From Candidatus Krumholzibacteriia bacterium (GTDB lineage: Bacteria; Krumholzibacteriota; Krumholzibacteriia; WVZY01): 11,327 nt of DNA. The stretch covers positions 1 through 11,327 of the forward strand of contig JAZGDW010000027.1 in the NCBI GenBank assembly GCA_036478295.1, in the 5' to 3' direction. The notes under the pieces are model-generated. The model did no database searches. It was not told the DNA's origin and was given only the letters and a program-made list of their open reading frames with translations. Positions 1-6,675 of this stretch are shown here, one piece after another (positions within the stretch are counted from its first letter, which is position 1; every line of letters begins with the position of its first letter). The translations under genes were made by a program, and so were the position numbers.

Positions 1-1
1 G

Positions 2-3000
2 GTTCTCTCGGAGACGGAGGTGCGGGCGAGGTTGACGGACCTGTATGGGAACGTGGTGCCGGGCGAGCGGGTGGACATTTTGATCAAGGATGGTGTGGCG
101 GACGGTGTATTGAAGTTGAACCCGGCGGATCCGAACGCGACGACGGTGGTGAACGCGACGGCGCGATTTGGGACGACGGACGCAAGCGGGGAGATATCGG
201 TGTTGTACGAGGCGCCGGGTGTAGCGGGTGCGGAGGACACGCTGGACGCGTTCGGATCCGGGGCGGCTCAGGGAGACGTGACGGATGTGATCTACACGAG
301 CGTGGCGAGCGGCGCGACCGATCTGCGCATCGTGTTTGTGGGGGGGGCTATGGCGCCGGCGGGGCAATCGTTTTCGTTTGGTATCGAGGCGGTGGATGGC
401 AACGGCAATATCGACACGGCGGACACGAGTTCGGTGGCGATCGGGGCGGATGTGGGTGGTGCGATAACGTTCAGCGAGACGGATTTCGGGGTGCCGGTGA
501 GTCAGGTTTCGCTGGCGGCGGGGGTGAAGGTTCTCTACGGGCGGGGGCAGAATGCGGGTACGTGGAACATCACAGTCAGCGATGAGGACACGGTGCTTAC
601 GGGCGCGACGGAGACGGTCGACATCGTGGATACGGGAGCGGTGGATCGTTACGTGGTCACGGCGGTGGACAGTGTGGAGGCGGGAGTTGCGTTCAGCGTG
701 AGCGTGGTGGCGCGGGATACGTTCGGCAACGCGGTGTCGGGGGCGAACAATGGGGTGACGCTGGTGGCCGTCGACGCCGGCGATACGACCCTGGTGATGA
801 GCGATACGCTGCTGGTGAGGAGTGCGACACTGAGTTCGGGCACGGCGTCGGTGGGAGAGACCTATCTAAGAGTGGTGCCCATCCGGGTTCGGGTGCGTGA
901 CGGCTCCGGCAACGAAGGGTTCAGCGGCCTCGTCAAGGTAACGCCCGCTCCGGCGTACCGCCTGGCGGAAGTGAGTGGCGATTCGACGGGCGTGTTGTCG
1001 GGGGGGACGGTAGCTCTGGCGGCGCGGGTGCTGGATACCTATGACAACCCGGTGGCGGGAGAGGTGGTGTCGTTCAGCGTGACGCTGGGTTCGGGGAGTG
1101 TCGACGTTCCGGGGCCGATGAGTGACGGGAGCGGGCGGGTGGATGTGAACTTTACGACGGGCGTGGCGGCGGGCGAGAACCGTGCGCGGGCGACGATCGG
1201 AGACGGCAACCCGGCGGGTCTGGAGAGTGTGGAGTTTGTGGTGGAGACCGAGGCGGGCGGGATCGCGAGTTATCAGGTGGTGCCAGAGAAGACGGCGGTG
1301 GTGGCAGGAGAAGTGATCAACGTAGAGGTGCGGGGGTCTGACGCGAACGGCAACCTGGTGACGAACGACAGCACGACGATCGTGAGCCTGGGCAGCGATA
1401 CGGGCAATGGTATCTACGGTGCCCCGGTGGGCGTGCTCCTGGGCGGGATCTACACGACGGCGATGTTCGATACGGTGGCGGAGAGCGTAATACTGACAGT
1501 ACAGACGCAGGGTGGAGGCCCGAGCGGAGCGAGCCCGGCCGTGAGCGTCAATCCCGCGACACCGTACGAGGTGGTGAAGATCTCCGGCGACGCGAGCGGG
1601 CTCGTGGTCGGCTCGGTCGCCGGACTCGAAGTAGAAACCCGGGATGCATTCGGAAATGTGACCCCCGGTGTCGTCGTCATTTTCGATGTGATGACGGATC
1701 CAGGGGGTGCGTTCATCACGGACGCGGTGGGCGACCCGAACGATGGGATTACCGTTGCTGATGCAGTGGGACGTGCGACGGCCAGCCTCACGACGTCGCT
1801 GACGGTCGGTGACAATACCGCGATGGCCAGCATCCTGGACGGTGTCCCGCCAGGGCTGGAAACCAGAACCTTCACCGTCAGTACGGTTGCCGGTGTAATT
1901 GCTGCCTACACTGTCACGGCGGGCACAACCGACCAAACCGCCGGTACCGGGGTGGGCTTTACCGTCGCCGCCTTCGACAGCGCGGGAAACGTTGTGGATG
2001 ATAGCACAACCCTTGTAACGCTTACCTTGGATCCGGGCAGTGGCGGGGTCTTTGCCGCGACGCCCATGGTGCTACAGAACGGCGCCTTTTCCACCTCCGT
2101 TTCGGACACCATCGCCGAGGTTATCCGGATTCGCGCGACGACGCAGGCCGGCTCGGCCACAGGCCTCAGTGCACCGGTCACCATACACCCGGACATGCCG
2201 GCAGGCGTCATTACGGCATCTGTTGTCCCGGATACGATTACGGCGAACGGGGGCAGCGCGTCCACCGTTATTTCTGATCCGATCCAGGATCGGTATGGAA
2301 ATGTCGCGTCATCGGGCGGTTTGATACGCGTTTCCGTGGACCAAGGTTCCATCGGCTCGCCGGACCAGGATCCGTCGACACCGGCCACCAACGAGCAGCA
2401 GATCGATGGGTCAGGTATCGTTGCCTTCGACGTTATCTCGGACAACGTGGCAGGCACGGCTACCGTGTCGATGACCAGCGTCGGGGGCAGCGCGTCGGGC
2501 GTTGCCAGTATCGCGTACGCGCCGCCGCCGGCATTCGTTTGCCTGGATGCTCCCGTACCATCCATTATCGTTCCCGGCGATTCGATTGCGTTCGCCGTGC
2601 CTGTAGAGAACACTTCCGCGACGGGCCTGGTTCTTTCCACCAGCACCGTGTTCGAATTCAACGATGGCACCCGGTTTTTCTCCGCTCCGCTCGCTGCCCC
2701 GAAGTGGATCGCTCCGTCGGTCACCGACACGCTCGTCTTTGAAGTCGCGGCAGTCGACTCGCAAATGGTCCCGACGGCGTATCAGCCGGTTGTTCGTTTT
2801 GCCGGCACCGACCAGTTCGGTGCCACCTTTGCGCAAACCTGCCAGTTGCCCGCCGCCAGCGTGCGCATGTCACTAATCGAGATCAGCTCGATCACCGCCA
2901 CTCCGCTCGTCAGCCGTGGGAGAACCGAAAACGTCATTGTCGGCATCACAAATCGCAGCTCCGACACCGCCATCATTGCAGCGGCCACACTGGCCATTCC

Positions 3001-4738
3001 GCTGGGTGACTACATATTCAACCCCAGCCCCGACCTGCCGGACACGATTTCTCCCGGCATGACTTCGTTTGTGAACTTTGCCGTTACCATACAACCGTCG
3101 TCGCCGCTGGTGACGACGTCGATCGACGCCTCGGTCTCGGGGACGGTAAACGGTCTCGCCGTGTCTGATTTGTCCCTGGCTCCCAATGCGCTGCCGCAGT
3201 GGACGATCGAATCCGCCGCGAGCCTGGCTTACGTAGCTGGTTCCCTCGCCCCTGGAATCGTTTCTCAGGGGCAGGCGCAGAGTCTCTCCGTCACGGTGCA
3301 GAACCAGGGACAGGCCACAGTGACCCTGGACACGGTTGCTACCACCCTGTCGTTTACTGACGGCGGCAACATCTATAATGCCGGTTTGGCGCAGGCGACC
3401 GCGCTCGCCGGAAATTCCAGCCAGTTACTGCAATTCGACACGGTTACCGTGCCGGCCGGGTTCACGCCGGGCGTCTACGGTGTGGCCCTGCATCTCGAGG
3501 GTGCGGAAAACGGCGGGCCGTTGGTCGCGGACCTGAACACGGGAGTATCTGGAGACTCCATACGTGTGGTGACTCCGGCGAGCGTCGCCTATCAGGCGGG
3601 CAGTCTCGCGCCGGTGGTCGTGAACAAGACCACCACGACATTTTTCGAGATCACCCTGCTGAACTCGGGCGGCGCCACGGTCGATCTGGATCCGGATTCC
3701 AGCCGTTTCTCTTTTGCCGGTGGGATCTACGATGCCGCTCTCGACCGGACCTTCGGCGCCACGGTGGTGGGTGGTGGCCCGTCGACCCTGCGTTTCACGG
3801 CCGAGCTCGTCAGCCCGGCAATCTCCCCGGGAGCCCATGCGCCCACGGTGCGGCTCGTCGGCGACGAGAACGGACTACCGTTTGCGGTGACCATTGGCCC
3901 GGGCGACAGCGTACAAGTACAGAACGCGGCCGATATCACGATCGAGAACACCTCGGCCGCTCTGGGCATTACGACCCGCGTGGTACCGAAGGGCGCTCGC
4001 GACGTGCGAATGATGGCCATGCGAATCGAAAACCCGGCGAGCAACACCGATTCGGTGCGACTCCGGTGGATCGACGTCGCGCTTCGCGACCAGAATCGCA
4101 ACCTGGTCGCCAACCCCGCGGCCACGGTCACCGAGTTCTACGCGCTCAAGGACGGCGTGCGCATAGACGGCGCCGTGGGACAGAATCCCATGCGCATACA
4201 GGTGGACGCACTTGGGCCCGGAGCAGTCATCCCACCGCAGGGTACGAGCGACATCGTCCTCGTGGTCAGCGTCGCAAGCAGCGCGACCCTCGAATCGTTC
4301 ACCATCGAGGTGCCCGGCTCCAGCGATATGCTTATCGAGAACGTCTTCTCCGCCGAGAGAATTTTCGTCGTCGACAAGGTGACGGGGCGGGATTTTGCGG
4401 GCAAGTTGCGATCACTGAGCCTCGTCATTCTGAGCGGCGAGTTTTCCGAGTATACACACAACTATCCGAACCCGTTTCACGCCGGTCGGGAGTCCACACG
4501 GATCGCCTATTTGCTGAGCAGCCAGGCCGACGTGTCGATCCGCATTTTTACGCTCGGGGGCGAAATAGTCTACGAAAGACGGTTCTCCGCCGGAGAGCCG
4601 CAAACCACGGCGGGCCCTCAAGAAGTCCTGTGGGACGGGCGCAACATGTCTGGTGAAGTGGTTCGAAACGGGCTCTACGTGTGCCGGGTTGAAGCCGGAC
4701 CCAACTCTGCGACCTTCAAGATTGCGGTGGCAAAATGA
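2..4738 (+). CDS. Large secreted/surface protein with tandem Ig-like (Big_1/invasin-type) domains and a C-terminal FlgD_ig / T9SS type-A-like sorting domain; 5'-truncated by the window
   Basis: The frame is open from nt 2 (VLSETEVRARLTDLYGN...), so GTG at 20 is probably internal, and no signal peptide is visible. The sequence is G/V/T/S/A/D-rich beta-strand type with recurring DxxGN-like motifs (DLYGN, DGNGN, DTFGN, DTYDN, DANGN, DAFGN, DSAGN, DRYGN). The C-terminus reads HNYPNPF...IRIFTLGGEIV...WDGRNMSGEVVRNGLYVCRV...KIAVAK-stop. Confidence 0.88.
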   Translation, partial: VLSETEVRARLTDLYGNVVPGERVDILIKDGVADGVLKLNPADPNATTVVNATARFGTTDASGEISVLYEAPGVAGAEDTLDAFGSGAAQGDVTDVIYTSVASGATDLRIVFVGGAMAPAGQSFSFGIEAVDGNGNIDTADTSSVAIGADVGGAITFSETDFGVPVSQVSLAAGVKVLYGRGQNAGTWNITVSDEDTVLTGATETVDIVDTGAVDRYVVTAVDSVEAGVAFSVSVVARDTFGNAVSGANNGVTLVAVDAGDTTLVMSDTLLVRSATLSSGTASVGETYLRVVPIRVRVRDGSGNEGFSGLVKVTPAPAYRLAEVSGDSTGVLSGGTVALAARVLDTYDNPVAGEVVSFSVTLGSGSVDVPGPMSDGSGRVDVNFTTGVAAGENRARATIGDGNPAGLESVEFVVETEAGGIASYQVVPEKTAVVAGEVINVEVRGSDANGNLVTNDSTTIVSLGSDTGNGIYGAPVGVLLGGIYTTAMFDTVAESVILTVQTQGGGPSGASPAVSVNPATPYEVVKISGDASGLVVGSVAGLEVETRDAFGNVTPGVVVIFDVMTDPGGAFITDAVGDPNDGITVADAVGRATASLTTSLTVGDNTAMASILDGVPPGLETRTFTVSTVAGVIAAYTVTAGTTDQTAGTGVGFTVAAFDSAGNVVDDSTTLVTLTLDPGSGGVFAATPMVLQNGAFSTSVSDTIAEVIRIRATTQAGSATGLSAPVTIHPDMPAGVITASVVPDTITANGGSASTVISDPIQDRYGNVASSGGLIRVSVDQGSIGSPDQDPSTPATNEQQIDGSGIVAFDVISDNVAGTATVSMTSVGGSASGVASIAYAPPPAFVCLDAPVPSIIVPGDSIAFAVPVENTSATGLVLSTSTVFEFNDGTRFFSAPLAAPKWIAPSVTDTLVFEVAAVDSQMVPTAYQPVVRFAGTDQFGATFAQTCQLPAASVRMSLIEISSITATPLVSRGRTENVIVGITNRSSDTAIIAAATLAIPLGDYIFNPSPDLPDTISPGMTSFVNFAVTIQPSSPLVTTSIDASVSGTVNGLAVSDLSLAPNALPQWTIESAASLAYVAGSLAPGIVSQGQAQSLSVTVQNQGQATVTLDTVATTLSFTDGGNIYNAGLAQATALAGNSSQLLQFDTVTVPAGFTPGVYGVALHLEGAENGGPLVADLNTGVSGDSIRVVTPASVAYQAGSLAPVVVNKTTTTFFEITLLNSGGATVDLDPDSSRFSFAGGIYDAALDRTFGATVVGGGPSTLRFTAELVSPAISPGAHAPTVRLVGDENGLPFAVTIGPGDSVQVQNAADITIENTSAALGITTRVVPKGARDVRMMAMRIENPASNTDSVRLRWIDVALRDQNRNLVANPAATVTEFYALKDGVRIDGAVGQNPMRIQVDALGPGAVIPPQGTSDIVLVVSVASSATLESFTIEVPGSSDMLIENVFSAERIFVVDKVTGRDFAGKLRSLSLVILSGEFSEYTHNYPNPFHAGRESTRIAYLLSSQADVSIRIFTLGGEIVYERRFSAGEPQTTAGPQEVLWDGRNMSGEVVRNGLYVCRVEAGPNSATFKIAVAK
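947..2194 (+). repeat. Two tandem copies of a two-domain (A+B) Ig-like unit, ~947-1555 and ~1556-2194 (protein-level repeat)
   Basis: Copy 1: APAYRLAEVSGDSTG...DTYDNPVAG...ATIGDGNPAGLES...GIASYQV...DANGNLVTNDSTTIVSL...DTVAESV...SGASPAVSVNPA. Copy 2: TPYEVVKISGDASG...DAFGNVTPG...ASILDGVPPGLET...VIAAYTV...DSAGNVVDDSTTLVTL...DTIAEVI...TGLSAPVTIHPD. Confidence 0.75.
2522..3925 (+). repeat. Second family of ~120-aa beta-sandwich repeats: clear copies at ~2522, 3221 and 3581, plus one divergent domain between the first two
   Basis: SLAYVAGSLAPGIVSQG...VQNQGQATVTLD...LSFTDGGNIYNAGL...PGVYGVALHLEGAENGGPL aligns with SVAYQAGSLAPVVVNK...LLNSGGATVDLD...FSFAGGIYDAAL...PGAHAPTVRLVGDENGLPF, starting exactly 360 nt apart. 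Weaker copy: VENTSATGLVL...FEFNDGTRFFSAPL...PTAYQPVVRFAGTDQFG. Confidence 0.7.
4454..4735 (+). other. C-terminal sorting domain (FlgD_ig / T9SS type-A CTD-like) of the giant protein
   Basis: The NYPNPF start motif, the IxIFTLGGEIV strand, the WDGRNxxGxxVxNGLY motif and the terminal KxxVxK match the known CTD/FlgD_ig pattern. Confidence 0.85.
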
Positions 4739-6666
4739 GAAACCACACGAGATCGAATTCGCGCCCCCCATGGCGCGCAACGGTTATCGCGTCGCTTGTG
4801 CTCGCGCTGGCCTTCGGAGGCTTGTCGGCGCCCCGGGATGTGTGTGCCCAGGACGGTGACGCGGGTACGCAGAGTGTTTTCTCCACGCTCGGGGCGGGCT
4901 CACGGGGAATAGCTCTGGGTCGCTCGTTCGTCAGTCTCGCCGACGATGCGAGCGCCATATACTGGAACCCGGCAACCCTCGGGAACGTCCAGAGCAAGCA
5001 GTTCATGGCTATGTACATGCCGCTCTTTGGAGATTTTACCGATGCCACATACACCTTTCTGGGTGCCGTGTACCCGACGCTCACCGCGGGAACGTACGGA
5101 ATTGGTTTTATGCGGGTTGGTGCCGACTTCGAGGGGTTCGACAATGCGAGTGTGCCGACCGGTACGCAGGAATACGCCGAGACACAGGTGCTGATCGGTT
5201 ACGCCTTCGAGCGACGATATCCCCACACGCACGGGTCGCTCGCCCTGGGCCTCAATTTCAAGATTGCCAACCAGCGGGTCGGGTCTCGATCGAGCACGTC
5301 TCCGGGTATCGACCTGGGACTCCGTTTCGATCCTGATTTTGCGTCGCGTTTTTCGTTTGGACTCAATTTTCAGGACCTGGTCGGGCCGAAACACCGGCTC
5401 GATCGCGAGGTGGACAAGACCGACAGGACAATCCTGACCGGGCTCGGCTACACCCATCGGCTTCGCAACGGTTCGGTGGTTCGGTTGCTCATGCAGATCG
5501 ACTCGCCACAACGGGCGGCCAGCAAGTTTCACGCGGGAGCCGAATACGTCTTTTCGAAATACGCCGCCCTGAGGGTCGGGGTTGACGACGGCAGCGTGAC
5601 CTTTGGCCTGGGAATAACCGTTAGAGACTTCGGGCTCGATTTTGCGTTTCTCAGCCGGAATACTGCGGGCTCGGCGCAGCCCGTTTCCTTCACGGCACCG
5701 TACGGAGAGACCTTGCTCGAGCAGCGACAAAAGCTGGCGGAAGAGCAGGAGCGCCGGGATGTTGCACTTATCCGGCGTGTGTTTGGCCGGCGTGTGCAGG
5801 AACACCGCGACCGGGCTCTGCAGGAGGAGGAGGTGGGCGACGAGGCCGCGGCGCTCGACGAATGGAAAATCGTGCTCGAGTACATGCCGGGAGACGAGGA
5901 AGCGACAGAGCACATGCAGGGGCTGACGCGGAGCCTAATCGAAGCCCAGAACGTTGCCAACCGGGACATCGAGCACCGTGCCACGATCAACACGCACTTC
6001 TCCCAGGGACTGCAGCTCTACCAGGAACGTGACTACATCCGATCGCGCCGGGACTGGTTGGCGATTCTCGACATGGATTCCACTCACGCCGAAGCGAAAA
6101 CGTACCTCGAGCGGACGCAGGCCAAAATCGATGAGACCATTGCCGATCATATTGCGAGCGCCGAGCAATTGGAGAAAGAACAACGCCTGACGGAGGCCAT
6201 CGGTGAGTGGAACAACGTTCAGATGTTCGACCCGGACAACGAGAGTGCCCGGGCCGCAATCGACCGTATACGATCCACGATAGAAGCCCATAGCCACAGC
6301 CTCGCACAGGTGGCGAGACGCCTGAAGGTTGTCAATCTCTACAACGCCGCGCTGCAGGACTACAACCGGGGTGAATACAAAGCGGCCATCAAGCAACTCG
6401 AGCACCTGCTGCAACAGGATGCCACCCATCAGGAGGCCCGGCAGCTGCACGCGATGGCCCAAAGGAAGCTCATTCCCTTGTCCAAAGAGGATGAAGCCGC
6501 CATTCGGCGTTTATTCCTCAAAGGAATGGGGCATTTCGCCAAGGATCACTACTCCGCCGCCATTCTCGAGTGGGGGAAGATACTGAAGATCGATCCGACG
6601 AACGAGAGCGTCAAGCGGAATATCGAAGAAGCGAGGGAACGTCGAAAGCAACTGGAGCGTCGGTAA
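4735..6666 (+). CDS. PorV/PorQ-family outer-membrane beta-barrel protein fused to a C-terminal TPR region
   Basis: Signal peptide (basic N-region, hydrophobic VIASLVLALAFGGL, VCA|QD cleavage at ~4849). Family motif GAGSRGIALGRSFVSLADDASAIYWNPATL. Amphipathic strands (GIDLGLRF, FSFGLNFQDL, FHAGAEY, ALRVG, FGLDFAF) run to ~5706, then ~320 aa of helical TPR-like repeats (AALDEWKIVLEYMPGDEEA; EAIGEWNNVQMFDPDNESA; AAILEWGKILKIDPTNESV). ATGA overlap with the upstream stop. Confidence 0.85.
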   Translation: MRNHTRSNSRPPWRATVIASLVLALAFGGLSAPRDVCAQDGDAGTQSVFSTLGAGSRGIALGRSFVSLADDASAIYWNPATLGNVQSKQFMAMYMPLFGDFTDATYTFLGAVYPTLTAGTYGIGFMRVGADFEGFDNASVPTGTQEYAETQVLIGYAFERRYPHTHGSLALGLNFKIANQRVGSRSSTSPGIDLGLRFDPDFASRFSFGLNFQDLVGPKHRLDREVDKTDRTILTGLGYTHRLRNGSVVRLLMQIDSPQRAASKFHAGAEYVFSKYAALRVGVDDGSVTFGLGITVRDFGLDFAFLSRNTAGSAQPVSFTAPYGETLLEQRQKLAEEQERRDVALIRRVFGRRVQEHRDRALQEEEVGDEAAALDEWKIVLEYMPGDEEATEHMQGLTRSLIEAQNVANRDIEHRATINTHFSQGLQLYQERDYIRSRRDWLAILDMDSTHAEAKTYLERTQAKIDETIADHIASAEQLEKEQRLTEAIGEWNNVQMFDPDNESARAAIDRIRSTIEAHSHSLAQVARRLKVVNLYNAALQDYNRGEYKAAIKQLEHLLQQDATHQEARQLHAMAQRKLIPLSKEDEAAIRRLFLKGMGHFAKDHYSAAILEWGKILKIDPTNESVKRNIEEARERRKQLERR

Positions 6667-6675
6667 GGCGACACG

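Noticed and set aside
4454..4735. Flagellar hook-capping protein FlgD
   Set aside because: Only the FlgD_ig-like fold is present, as the terminal domain of a giant Ig protein next to a PorV-like gene, and there is no flagellar context.
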